Both the position numbers and the translations under genes were made by a program. The notes beneath the pieces are model-generated. The model did no database searches. It was given only the letters and a program-made list of their open reading frames with translations, and was not told the origin of the DNA. A stretch of DNA of 64,000 bases from positions 1 to 64,000 of the IMG/VR virus record IMGVR_UViG_3300025066_000012; one strand, given 5' to 3'. The DNA comes from a virus (lineage: Duplodnaviria; Caudoviricetes). This document shows, one piece after another, positions 35,664 through 45,908 of this stretch. The stretch's first letter is position 1; each line of letters begins with the position of its first letter.

Positions 35664-38600
35664 TTAAATACCGGTGGTTATCCTCCAGAGGTTCCAGAGG
35701 GCTTCGTCAATAATAATAACCCCAGAGTTAGAGCTGACCTTTAAAATTTCAGATCGATTTATCGATTCGTCATTTTCTGGTAAGAGTTCCTGCGAAAACG
35801 ATGCCTTCTTTTCTAACCTATCTTTGTATTTGGCGGTAATGATTTGATTCATTTTGTCCAAATAATAGATCTTTATTGCGGCTGCCACAGAGTTTAATCC
35901 AACCGCAACAGACGAGATGCTCGCCTTGAGTTCTGGATGTAGTCTTAGTGTAACGGGGTTACTACTTAGTGCGTGTGAGGCATATCTGTAGATCTTTAAT
36001 GCGTTCATAATTGTGTCTGAATCTGGGTCTTGTATTGACCTAATTTCTTCTGCATTCTCTCCAATTGGAAACAATGTATTTATTACTTGAAGGAAAGACA
36101 CATTATCTTCTGGAGCATTATCATTCGGTGCTGGCCGGAAAAATTCTCCATGTCCTCCTGCTAAATGTGGAAACAAATTTTTAGATTTTGTTTCCATTGG
36201 ATCTGTATTTTGCCCAGAAGAAAGCCTCAATCCAGTTTCCTTATCAAATTCGTCTACAGAAAAAAGATTAGGCAAATCTAAATTGCCCCTCTTTAAGACT
36301 AAGCTTTTATATGGATCTAATAAATCTTTGGCCAATATTTCAGACGAGCCACTTAGTTTTAACTCTTCATTTAGCTTCCTAGCCGCATAATCTAATCCGT
36401 GTGTTTTTATAATAAATTGTTGTGCGGAGTTAAGCAAGTCTACGTTAGGTGTTTCGCCCAAAAAGACCTGATGTCCAGCCCACTTCTCAGAGAAACATTC
36501 TAGTGTTAGAACTTTATTCATTAATACATAATCAATAAACGGAACATAATATCCACTAGCCGCGACATACGAGGCGTCGACTACGCCTTCTTCCGCCTCA
36601 TCTTCGTTATCATTTTCGAGACTTTTGAATTTTACCGGTGACCTTTCAATCTTTGTTCTGCAATTGCTCCTTCGAACAACATTGAATGGCATTCCACGAT
36701 AATGCTTGAATAATATTTCTATGTTTTCTTTAGCATTGGACCTTAAGTCCTCTGCTCCTTGCTCGGACAACCCCGAAGATACCTCTTTAAATTTATTATA
36801 AATTTTAATAATTTTTATTAAAATATTTGCAGCGTCTTTAGTTGGAGTTCTTTGCAGCAAGTCTGATAACTCTAACTTATAATTGTCAGAAAATACTTCT
36901 ATTCTAGCTCCAACCATCGGTATTATCTCTCCTGCAATCTTGGCTGTCGTTGGAGAGTTTTCAATCGGAACCGGAACTCCGACATTGCTAAATGTATCGA
37001 TTGAGAGATCACTTATTGGCGGAAAAAGAAGAGACTTTCCTTTTTTCCTAAACTGCGGCCCAATATTAAATCCAGAATCACTAGCAAAGTTTGTTAGCGT
37101 ATTTCTAACGCTAACTTCGCCCGCAACATTAGATATTTCCGTATAGGGGTGATACATCATACTGACGTTATCGCTGCTTATCTTTATGTCCTTCTCTGGC
37201 AGGGCAAATGCCCTAAATCCATTTGACCGTATGCCTTCAGGAAGGCTTGCCGTAATTGCTTCAACAAAAATTCCGATTGATGAAAGATCTAATCTTGTAA
37301 GCACGCAAATAAATCCGTCTGGCACAAGAGCCTTTTCCTCATTAGAGAATGACAAGTCAAAACTACGATAGTCATCTTTTGAATTAAATAACGCATATAC
37401 TGGTTCCGAAAATGATTCTTTTTTGTCCTTTGGAACACAGGTATTCGCCCCAAAGCTTGGGATCATCATAGTTCTTATTGACTCTCCGGACTCCAAAGGT
37501 CTTGGCTTGAAGTATTTTGAATACTTTGACTGATCATTCAGGTTTATATTAGTCTCCGGAGTCGTTATAAAAATATTTTTAAGAATACTTTTTGCCTTTG
37601 TTTTCTCGTCAGACTCCTCGTCCTCTTCGAGAGTGCCTTCTAGTTTCTGCTTTATATATTCCAAGGCAGGCTCTTTGTACAGCCTGCTATTGGCCGCCGT
37701 TTCCATTCCGTGCGGAATAGCGTTCAGGCCGGCAATGCAGCCTAAAATATTGCCAATATAATCATCCAAAGAGTCGTCATCCATGTCTGCTGTGTATCCG
37801 AAAAAATTAAAGTTACTATGTGCAGAGCATAGGTCTATTACCTTTTGAGGAGAAGACAAATCAACAGACTCATAATTTAGATCTATTTCAAATCCTATAT
37901 ATGAATATTGATTATTATCTTTAATAAATTTATTGAAAATAATTGATAATTGATCTGCAATATAAAAAGAGATAGAAGCATATATGATTCGAGATAAATA
38001 CATTTGGCCGGACATCCTGGCTATTATTTTAGACTTGGTTCCTCCGGGTCCAAAAACGTATTTACTAAGCTTCTTAACATCTTTCTCATTAATGTTGATA
38101 GCTTCAAAAATTTCGCTCCTAATATCATCAAAGTGAGATAAGAATTCACTTTTAATTTGTCCTTCATCATATAATGAGTTTCTTATTCTCCATCTTTTTT
38201 TTATATCTATCTTCGGATCTAATTTTTTCAAAAGAATATCATAAGAATAATTTATAATATTTCTAAATAATGGATCAATAAACTCATCTTCTAAGAATGA
38301 TAAAAATTTAGTATCAGTTTTCATTGTCTTATTGATAAATGACTTTTCATCATCTTTTATTTTATTAAAAATTTCAAGCATAACATCTGTTGTGGCAAGT
38401 TCATCATCCAGCTTGCCATCTTGATTTAGTTTATTTAATAAATTTTGAATCAATTCCTTTATAGACTCATAGATTTTATCCTCATACTTATCTAGGCTGA
38501 ATACTTTCGTCCCAAGCAGAGATCCTCTTACATCTAAAGATGATGATAATCTTAGGAAATTAGAACAAGTTTTGAAAGACGAATTCAACAGTTCTGTTAT

Positions 38601-41600
38601 TGTCTCTCCGCATATATCTTTATTCTTTCTTAAAACGGCCATATCTATTGGCATATCGGGAACCTGCAGGGACTTATTGTATGTTCTGGAATCTCCGGCG
38701 TTTCTGACGTGCCCCTCGCCGCTGCTAGTCTCTATGCCCTGCTCTTTTCCTGACCTCTCATATCTCGTTCTAAAAGTATCTGAACTCTCCTTTAGAGAGC
38801 TACTTACTATGGATTCATCAGTCTGGGGCCCGCCCCAAGCAAATGATTTACTCTTATATTGTGTTTCGGAAAAATAATACTTGCCTACTTCGCCTTCGTC
38901 TGTTACTGAAAACGACAACCTTCCCAGCTCATGGTCTTTGCTCTTGACCCACGTATTATAATCATATCGATCTAATATAGTGTTCTCCGGAACTCTGCTG
39001 ATCATATTTTTCTTCATTGCTATCTCTAGATTCTTTCTTCCGCTAGATCGCAACAACTTTCCGAGCTGCCTCACTTCGGCTCCAAGTTTTGGCACAAATC
39101 TACAATGTGTATTGCCAAAGTTAACAGAGTTATTTACAGTAAAGCTATGCCCGTGACGACAGGTCAGAACTACATCTCCAATTAGATTTGCCGCATCATC
39201 TTTTATGTTTTTAGACGCCATAGCCATAGATAAAATCTTAGCAAACTTTGTTAGCCTTCCGTCCTCCCCCGTAAAGAATGATTCTTTTATTGCCTCTGGG
39301 CTTCCTAAAACATAAGTTAAATCTGTTGCCTCAACGCCATACGAAATTAATGCCTCAGTTAAATCTTTTTTATATTCTACATCAGCAGATACCAACAGCT
39401 TCTTCAGCTCCGGAAAATTAAAGGAAGAAAGACTCGTAGCGGCCCCACACGCCATATAGACGACCGTCCCCGGCTCTAGCTGGGCAACTCCTCCGGCTCC
39501 ATCAGAAGGAAGAGACATCGCTGACAAGTCGCTATCTTCGGCAGTAGGCCCAGATAAAGGAGAGACTATATATCCATATTTTTTATACAAGGACTCTATA
39601 TCATCCTTATCGGCTATATCAATAAGCGTCGGACACCTAAAGTAGGTATTAGAGTATTTCCATCCTCCAGACCTTCTGGAATTTAAAAGCCCTCTGACCT
39701 CCTCTGCGACGTCAGCTGTAAATGTTTCATTATTTATAGCTGATGATAAAGCCCTCTCTATCTTTCCGTCGTCAGTTAGAACCTGACTTCGACTAGAGTT
39801 AAAAGTACCACTCCTTAGAGCCTTAGGATCTATACTATCACCCTGACCCAACACGCTTAAGGAGGCAGATAAATCTACCGAATATCCGCAATTAAAATCT
39901 TGTGTCTTCCGTTGACCTTCGGTTTCTGGTGCGCCCACGACTAGCTCCGGAGGTATCCCCGTTTGATCCTTAAATGGACACTTAAATCTTTTCTTAATAA
40001 CATCTGACCTCCCAAGATATTTTGCCTTGTCCTTTCTTAATACTTCGGCCCTCCTGAGAAGCCCCTCTGCATGTTTTGTTTTGTTTCCAGAATTTATAAG
40101 ATCATCAATTTGTGACCATGTTTTCGGCCCAGTGTCGAATCTTTTGCCGTAAAACAAATCACCCCAATTCCTCATAGGCGCAGACCTCGGTGCCGTCGGA
40201 ACTCCCCGGCTAGAGCTTAACTCAAACTTCTTCGGAGGAGAATGCAGATACTCTTCTCCGGTCTTTGAATTTACTGATAATTGATCAATTGAAATTTGTG
40301 ACCCATCTTTTCTGAACAAAGAATATAAAGGCAGCTTAAAATCGGAATATTCTCGCAGGAATTCATTCCTATCTTTGCGAGAGGCGGAAGCCCCCTCATC
40401 TGTAGACTTTCCGGCTTCTCTTCTGTACTTTCCTCCAAATCTCTGAACCATCTTTTTTATATAAAGACCCTTTCCGCACATTGAGCAATTTGCGTATGTC
40501 CAAGAATACCGACTTTTGCCCTGAACAACATTTACAACATCTTGTCGTATTACTTCTTGACTTATATTTTCAGAAAGATATCTACATAAATTCTTATCTG
40601 TATTTTTTATATCAAAAAATGCGCCAATCTTTAATTTGATATTTGTAGCATAAGACGCGATAAAGAGATCGTCCATCTCGTCCGTCCAACCGCCAACCAG
40701 CACGTCCTGGGTCCTATCATCGTACTCTCTAAATTGAGGCTTATGGCGATAAGCCTGAGACAAAACATCAGGGAAGACTAATCGATATATCAAATCCTTT
40801 AGCAGGCCAAATGACTCAGAGTCTTGATTTTTAATATTGTTTACCAAATATATTGGGTGGTATTCAATTGGAAATTCCCTAAGTAAGTCCAAGTCTTTTA
40901 GCATCATATAAATTTCTTTATCACGATATTTTATTGACATAATAAATCTGTCAATATTATCCGCTATTGACTGTCTGCTCTTTTCAAATTTATGCAAGTT
41001 TGATTTAGTGTTAACTGTCGAAGTCGCCTCAGCAGCTGCTAGCTTTGAGCTAAAGTTACCAAGTACAACAGCTATTTCACTTAGCATCTCACTTATATAT
41101 TCGGGTTTGTACTCAACCTCATCAGTTTCTTCGTCAAGCTCAAAACCCAAGCCCCTGTTTCCAAACCCCTTAAAGAAAGATGAGAATTCAAATATATCTT
41201 TTCCTGATGCCTCCAAGAGCTTGAAGAAAGACCTTGGGTCCTTATCTGATAAGTATGTTGCCTTATATTCCAAATTTAAACTTGCATATATACCAACGGT
41301 AGACCCTGTGTTAAGAGGCTTGACACTCGGCTTTCTAAGAACTTCTTTTGATTCTAATGCGAGCGAGTCAAGTGTTATGATGGCTCCCGGCACAAGATCA
41401 TCCGGCTCCGGCTCCGGCTCCGGCTCCTCTATCTTTTCGGGCTGCCTACCGGGACTTACTTTCGGCTCAGCAACATCATCTGGCTCGTCACCGAGTGTTT
41501 TGTCAAATATGTCAATGGACTCTCTCTTTTCTGGCTTGACCTTTTCTCTCTTTTCTGGCTTGACCTTTTCTCTCTTTTCTGGCTTGACCTTTTCTCTCAG

Positions 41601-42086
41601 CACTTCTAGGGAAGCTTTTATATCTAAGAAATCTGCTTCAACAAAAGTTTTTATTGAAATAAGTTTCAGAAGCTGAGATACAGGTCCGTCATGATCTGCG
41701 GAAAAAGAATAATCTTGATAATAAGCTTCGGCCTCAAGGTAAACCGCAGCAAGCTCTTCATTCAGGCCTCTCACTCCGCTTAAGTGAAGTGACTCCTCTA
41801 TTCTTGTTATGACCGATGCTTTTGTAGTCTCGAAAACTTCATTAGATATTTCCGGCCAGCTCTGCGATCCGTCGCGGGCGGTGTGGCTATCTTCTGACAT
41901 CTGCTCGGCCTGGAAAATAAGCGTCGGAAGTTCATTTACTGCTGTACTTAAATATTTATGATACTCCTCTAGCTTGTTTGCAAATGCTTGGAATCCACTA
42001 TCGGCAGATCCATCATCATAAAAGACCTCTGGATATTTTCTTTTCAGCATGTTTGTGACTGTACTAAAGTCTTGGCCATTACTCAT
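35664..42086 (-). CDS. Very large hypothetical protein (2140 aa) with dispersed Cys motifs
   Basis: Uninterrupted ORF with CSMCG, KCPF, NCGY, RCPT, ACGA and CRHGH motifs. No recognisable catalytic motif. Confidence 0.85.
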   Translation of the reverse strand: MSNGQDFSTVTNMLKRKYPEVFYDDGSADSGFQAFANKLEEYHKYLSTAVNELPTLIFQAEQMSEDSHTARDGSQSWPEISNEVFETTKASVITRIEESLHLSGVRGLNEELAAVYLEAEAYYQDYSFSADHDGPVSQLLKLISIKTFVEADFLDIKASLEVLREKVKPEKREKVKPEKREKVKPEKRESIDIFDKTLGDEPDDVAEPKVSPGRQPEKIEEPEPEPEPDDLVPGAIITLDSLALESKEVLRKPSVKPLNTGSTVGIYASLNLEYKATYLSDKDPRSFFKLLEASGKDIFEFSSFFKGFGNRGLGFELDEETDEVEYKPEYISEMLSEIAVVLGNFSSKLAAAEATSTVNTKSNLHKFEKSRQSIADNIDRFIMSIKYRDKEIYMMLKDLDLLREFPIEYHPIYLVNNIKNQDSESFGLLKDLIYRLVFPDVLSQAYRHKPQFREYDDRTQDVLVGGWTDEMDDLFIASYATNIKLKIGAFFDIKNTDKNLCRYLSENISQEVIRQDVVNVVQGKSRYSWTYANCSMCGKGLYIKKMVQRFGGKYRREAGKSTDEGASASRKDRNEFLREYSDFKLPLYSLFRKDGSQISIDQLSVNSKTGEEYLHSPPKKFELSSSRGVPTAPRSAPMRNWGDLFYGKRFDTGPKTWSQIDDLINSGNKTKHAEGLLRRAEVLRKDKAKYLGRSDVIKKRFKCPFKDQTGIPPELVVGAPETEGQRKTQDFNCGYSVDLSASLSVLGQGDSIDPKALRSGTFNSSRSQVLTDDGKIERALSSAINNETFTADVAEEVRGLLNSRRSGGWKYSNTYFRCPTLIDIADKDDIESLYKKYGYIVSPLSGPTAEDSDLSAMSLPSDGAGGVAQLEPGTVVYMACGAATSLSSFNFPELKKLLVSADVEYKKDLTEALISYGVEATDLTYVLGSPEAIKESFFTGEDGRLTKFAKILSMAMASKNIKDDAANLIGDVVLTCRHGHSFTVNNSVNFGNTHCRFVPKLGAEVRQLGKLLRSSGRKNLEIAMKKNMISRVPENTILDRYDYNTWVKSKDHELGRLSFSVTDEGEVGKYYFSETQYKSKSFAWGGPQTDESIVSSSLKESSDTFRTRYERSGKEQGIETSSGEGHVRNAGDSRTYNKSLQVPDMPIDMAVLRKNKDICGETITELLNSSFKTCSNFLRLSSSLDVRGSLLGTKVFSLDKYEDKIYESIKELIQNLLNKLNQDGKLDDELATTDVMLEIFNKIKDDEKSFINKTMKTDTKFLSFLEDEFIDPLFRNIINYSYDILLKKLDPKIDIKKRWRIRNSLYDEGQIKSEFLSHFDDIRSEIFEAININEKDVKKLSKYVFGPGGTKSKIIARMSGQMYLSRIIYASISFYIADQLSIIFNKFIKDNNQYSYIGFEIDLNYESVDLSSPQKVIDLCSAHSNFNFFGYTADMDDDSLDDYIGNILGCIAGLNAIPHGMETAANSRLYKEPALEYIKQKLEGTLEEDEESDEKTKAKSILKNIFITTPETNINLNDQSKYSKYFKPRPLESGESIRTMMIPSFGANTCVPKDKKESFSEPVYALFNSKDDYRSFDLSFSNEEKALVPDGFICVLTRLDLSSIGIFVEAITASLPEGIRSNGFRAFALPEKDIKISSDNVSMMYHPYTEISNVAGEVSVRNTLTNFASDSGFNIGPQFRKKGKSLLFPPISDLSIDTFSNVGVPVPIENSPTTAKIAGEIIPMVGARIEVFSDNYKLELSDLLQRTPTKDAANILIKIIKIYNKFKEVSSGLSEQGAEDLRSNAKENIEILFKHYRGMPFNVVRRSNCRTKIERSPVKFKSLENDNEDEAEEGVVDASYVAASGYYVPFIDYVLMNKVLTLECFSEKWAGHQVFLGETPNVDLLNSAQQFIIKTHGLDYAARKLNEELKLSGSSEILAKDLLDPYKSLVLKRGNLDLPNLFSVDEFDKETGLRLSSGQNTDPMETKSKNLFPHLAGGHGEFFRPAPNDNAPEDNVSFLQVINTLFPIGENAEEIRSIQDPDSDTIMNALKIYRYASHALSSNPVTLRLHPELKASISSVAVGLNSVAAAIKIYYLDKMNQIITAKYKDRLEKKASFSQELLPENDESINRSEILKVSSNSGVIIIDEALWNLWRITTGI
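41521..41598 (-). repeat. About three copies of a 24-nt coding repeat (REKVKPEK)
   Basis: TTCTCTCTTTTCTGGCTTGACCTT repeated in tandem. Confidence 0.9.
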
Positions 42087-42087
42087 A

Positions 42088-43434
42088 TTATTTATTCCTT
42101 AGAAATTCCTGATATTTAATCTTTCTGTTATCAGAATTATCATGTATCGACTCTATATGAAATTTACTTTCATAATCATCTTTTATTTCTTTTATTAGTA
42201 ACTTAATCCAAAAATGGGCCTGATTTACATGAGCTGTCTCAGATCTAGTTGCCGCAACTAATATCTTACTGTCTTTTTTATTTAATTTTATACTGCCATT
42301 ATTATTGTTTACTGCCATGTAAATATTCTTATCTAAAAAATCCAAACTTCCAATAAGTGGCATGGAATCTAGCCCTAGGAGACTAAGAATTTCCCTATTT
42401 AAATAAAGATTATTCATTTTTTCTGGGAATTCCCAAATCGGAACAGTAGCTATTGCCTTGCTATATTCTTCTTTAACTTTTATATTATAAAAGCTTTTTG
42501 TCATAATGCTGTTCAAGCGGGTTCCGGATGAACTAAATAAATCTAAATATAGTAAATCCATTGTTTCATTTCCGACCCTAGGGATAGGAAGGACAATAGA
42601 AAATCCTCTTTTTATAAATTTCTTATTTATTCTAACCCCAGTCTTTGAGAAGAAATTTCTATCTTCACCCAAAACCCTATCGATGCTCAGGTTGCCATCA
42701 ATAGAATCCGTGAGATTTACCAGAGGATAAATACATGGAACATAATCATTGTGCCCCATTGTTCCGTTTATGAGAAGCGGAACCTCTGTTATCCCAGAGT
42801 TATAATGTTTGAATATATTATTTATTCCAAAATCAAAAAGGCCATCAATTCTTGATTTTAACACTCGAATATCTTTATTTTCGCCATCTTTCAGCAGGCC
42901 TATCTCGGCCTCTATGCTTGAGAGTTCTTTGTGAATTACCCTCGCAAAGCAATAAATTAAGATTTGAATTCTTGCCCGCTCTTTTGAAATGAGGGCTCCT
43001 TCATTTTTTCTTATCGAATCTATGCCGGTAAGCTCGGCGCCATCAGCTCTATCCCCACCTAAAGATGACTCCTCAATTAAATTGACTTTTCTTATTTTAT
43101 TTTCTAATAAATATTTATATAGATTTTTAAAAAAGTTTATTCTTTTATTTAAATTTAAAGTTGAAATTATAAAAGCTTCTGGAGCTTTGGAGTCTAGATT
43201 ATTATTATATACTTTGTCAAAAAGCTCTCTATCTGTCTTAAACATTAAGACAGCCTTTCTGAATGCATCAATATCATCAATGCCAAGTGACTCAAACGGA
43301 AACTTTAGAAAGTCTCTCTCAATTGCAAGCAATCTATTTTTATAGGTCTTTTTGCTTCCTCTATCTAAGGTTATTATCTTATACTTAGATATAGATATCT
43401 CTTCTTCTAAAAACTCCAGTAATTCTTTTTTCAT
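42088..43434 (-). CDS. Hypothetical protein
   Basis: 448-aa AT-rich ORF between the sigma factor and the giant protein. Confidence 0.8.
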   Translation of the reverse strand: MKKELLEFLEEEISISKYKIITLDRGSKKTYKNRLLAIERDFLKFPFESLGIDDIDAFRKAVLMFKTDRELFDKVYNNNLDSKAPEAFIISTLNLNKRINFFKNLYKYLLENKIRKVNLIEESSLGGDRADGAELTGIDSIRKNEGALISKERARIQILIYCFARVIHKELSSIEAEIGLLKDGENKDIRVLKSRIDGLFDFGINNIFKHYNSGITEVPLLINGTMGHNDYVPCIYPLVNLTDSIDGNLSIDRVLGEDRNFFSKTGVRINKKFIKRGFSIVLPIPRVGNETMDLLYLDLFSSSGTRLNSIMTKSFYNIKVKEEYSKAIATVPIWEFPEKMNNLYLNREILSLLGLDSMPLIGSLDFLDKNIYMAVNNNNGSIKLNKKDSKILVAATRSETAHVNQAHFWIKLLIKEIKDDYESKFHIESIHDNSDNRKIKYQEFLRNK

Positions 43435-43441
43435 TTTAAAA

Positions 43442-44206
43442 TTAGATTAGATCTTCTAATATATCACTTATAATCTTATTAGACTTTATCTTCTTGAGCC
43501 GCATACTTGCGGCCCACCCGGTGATGCCAACGTGCCTTGCTGCATCACCAATCGAAAATCCTTCCAAGCAAACCATCTTAAGTATAGTTTGAGTCTTTGG
43601 GTCAACCTGACCTCCAAGCCTCTCTATTGCCATGTTTAAGTGTACTTCATCATATGGAGACTTATTTGATGAAAACATTCCGTCTGTTGATGAGAGTGAT
43701 GATTCAAAATCAAGATACTCTTCTCCGTCAGACTGGCTTCTCTTTGGCATTAAGCTAAAGAGAAGCTCCTCTCTTGAGCCTCTATAGACTGGTCCATATT
43801 TATTTCCACATTCTTTGCAGATGTTCTCCTTCCCCTTTTCCGAAAAGATTCCACCACATGAGCAAATACTTTTTGTCTTCTCTTCTGATAGTCCATATGC
43901 ATCATTCGATAATTTGTTTATACTTTTTAATTTTGATATTAATTTATTTTTTAAATGATTATGCAAAAAGGAACTCAGCTTTACCTTTTTATCTGGATCA
44001 AAAGCATTTATTCCTTCTATGATTATAACGGAAAGCTCTTGCTTAATGTCATCAAATCCATATCCGGACATATAAGTCCGAGAGGCCCACTTGCACAAAA
44101 GAGGATCTATCTTTTTTAGTACTTTGCCGTATCCCTCTTTTGTTTTTGTGTTAACGAAAATCTTCTCATCATACATCTCAACAAACTGCTCATATTCTTT
44201 TGCCAT
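43442..44206 (-). CDS. RNA polymerase sigma factor (sigma70 regions 2 and 4) with a zinc-ribbon insertion
   Basis: Region 2 DDIKQEL...IEGINAFDPDKKVKLSSFL, region 4 LEGFSIGDAARHVGIT, with CSCGG...CKECG between them. Confidence 0.78.
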   Translation of the reverse strand: MAKEYEQFVEMYDEKIFVNTKTKEGYGKVLKKIDPLLCKWASRTYMSGYGFDDIKQELSVIIIEGINAFDPDKKVKLSSFLHNHLKNKLISKLKSINKLSNDAYGLSEEKTKSICSCGGIFSEKGKENICKECGNKYGPVYRGSREELLFSLMPKRSQSDGEEYLDFESSLSSTDGMFSSNKSPYDEVHLNMAIERLGGQVDPKTQTILKMVCLEGFSIGDAARHVGITGWAASMRLKKIKSNKIISDILEDLI

Positions 44207-44215
44207 AGAGGTTCC

Positions 44216-44980
44216 TTACTTGTCCCATGCATCTTGGCATATTGACTGATAGTCACACCATCCGCATAATACTGTTGGCTTTTTAACCCAAGTCTCATCT
44301 GTATTGATTGACTCAGCCCTCTTTATGATTGTATCAACACAGTTATCGAGATCATTATGAGTAAAGGTAAAATCCTTTGTTGTGCAGCCATGCTTAAGTA
44401 GAACATAAGACCCATATACCTTTTTGACATCTTTAAATCTTCTATTTAGAGCCTCCGCATATACCAGAAGCTGGAATTGAGTTAGATACTTTTGATTTTT
44501 GCTTGTCTTATAATCGACAACCTTATAAATTCCTGGGCTTATACGATCAACTCGATCAATAAATCCACGAACCAAGGTGTTCTCATCTATGTTAAAAGCG
44601 TAATCCAATTCGATTCCAATCACATCTGGAGTGCCCTCTTCTTTTAACTTAAAAAGATAATCTTGAATCACCTTTCTGAGGGCAATCATCCCTGGCAGCT
44701 CTCCATTTGGCATCCACGTTGGCTCCTGTAATACGTTTATGTCAAACTCCTTCACACCCTCTATAAAACACTGCTTCATTAGGGCCGAATAGTCTTTCTC
44801 TTCAATTTTCTCCTTGAGAACCTTAAGGTGAAATAACTCTAGAATACGGTGGGCACATGACCCAAATTCTGAAGATCCCCATACCTGCTTCTCAACATCA
44901 GGTTTTTCGATATACCTATAGTGGTATTGTTTTGGACACTTTTTATAAGTGTCCATAGATGATACAGATAACTTTAACAA
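44216..44980 (-). CDS. PD-(D/E)XK RecB/Cas4-like exonuclease
   Basis: LSVSSMDTYKKCP, G...H..LE, RGFIDRVD, VDYKT, QLLVY and C-terminal CGWCDYQSIC. Confidence 0.88.
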   Translation of the reverse strand: MLKLSVSSMDTYKKCPKQYHYRYIEKPDVEKQVWGSSEFGSCAHRILELFHLKVLKEKIEEKDYSALMKQCFIEGVKEFDINVLQEPTWMPNGELPGMIALRKVIQDYLFKLKEEGTPDVIGIELDYAFNIDENTLVRGFIDRVDRISPGIYKVVDYKTSKNQKYLTQFQLLVYAEALNRRFKDVKKVYGSYVLLKHGCTTKDFTFTHNDLDNCVDTIIKRAESINTDETWVKKPTVLCGWCDYQSICQDAWDK

Positions 44981-44996
44981 ATTAAACTCCTAAGGA

Positions 44997-45872
44997 TTAA
45001 AAGGCTCCACTGACAGATCTGTCTTGGATCCAGCGATATACAAAGTGGTTTCGACTACTAGCTCCATTTTTAGAAACTGTTCCCTCTGCTCTTTGAACAG
45101 ACCTTATCCATCTAGACTCTAGACTTTCCCAGTAATAAGATACAAAAAGCTGCCTAGCTTCGTCGTAGAAGCTGCGAATATAATTCCCGGTAACAAGGGG
45201 CTCAGACTCGCCCAATCTTTCGTCATAAAATTTGGACGTGGGGCCAAAGGTACTATACGTCCGGTTTACGATCTTGACAACTTGTTCGTCTAGCTTCGCC
45301 TGTGTCGAGCCATCAATGGTTATAAATTTGGCCCTTGGGTCGAATTCAACATTATCGTTTACTGTGGACACAGTAAATCGATCTGATACATCATTAGCCT
45401 TTGGAAAATTTACGAAAGGAACAGAGGTCTTTCCGTCCTCAACCCAAACACCATCAGTGGATACTTTTGACGCCTTAACATCTAGGTCTACAAAGGCTAT
45501 CGCCGTTTCTTGGGCGGCATCACCCGACGAATCAAATGACAGACTCTCCAGAACTATCCCGCTCGGGGGAAGTATGGATATCCCTTCATCACCGATTCTT
45601 CTTGGACCATTATAATCTTCGGAGTCAGTGCTGTATTTTTTAGTGGTCACGACAGAGGTATCTGTTGGGGATATGGCTATAGCCTTCAGGGTTAGTCCGC
45701 GAGAGCTTGTTGGCATATAAACCTTGCCAACTGCGATCAGGGAATTTACACCTGGGGTTTCGCCGTCTAATGTGTAATAGACCGTTGATGGAACATCTGT
45801 AGAGAAAGTAATATAAGATGGAATGCCAGATATAAATTCCACTTCACTCTCGGCTATGGTTAAGCTTATCAT
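44997..45872 (-). CDS. Protein with an FN3-associated / chitobiase C-terminal-like Ig domain
   Basis: STVYYTLDGETPGVNS...LTLKAIA motif. Confidence 0.6.
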   Translation of the reverse strand: MISLTIAESEVEFISGIPSYITFSTDVPSTVYYTLDGETPGVNSLIAVGKVYMPTSSRGLTLKAIAISPTDTSVVTTKKYSTDSEDYNGPRRIGDEGISILPPSGIVLESLSFDSSGDAAQETAIAFVDLDVKASKVSTDGVWVEDGKTSVPFVNFPKANDVSDRFTVSTVNDNVEFDPRAKFITIDGSTQAKLDEQVVKIVNRTYSTFGPTSKFYDERLGESEPLVTGNYIRSFYDEARQLFVSYYWESLESRWIRSVQRAEGTVSKNGASSRNHFVYRWIQDRSVSGAF

Positions 45873-45908
45873 AATTGCCTCCGCATATTGTATGATAAAA
45901 TTAGCATG

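Noticed and set aside
3160-41598. Tandem repeats (21-nt at about 3160-3250 and 10725-10780, 24-nt at 41521-41598) as CRISPR arrays
   Set aside because: They have no spacers, their lengths are multiples of three, and all lie in frame inside coding linkers.
35664-42086. Giant ORF as a multisubunit RNA polymerase subunit or tape measure protein
   Set aside because: No DxDGD or other polymerase motif was recognised, it lacks tape-measure-like composition, and it has no tail-gene context.
44216-44980. Cas4 as part of a CRISPR-Cas locus
   Set aside because: There are no other cas genes and no array in the window. Stand-alone PD-(D/E)XK nucleases are common in phage replication modules.
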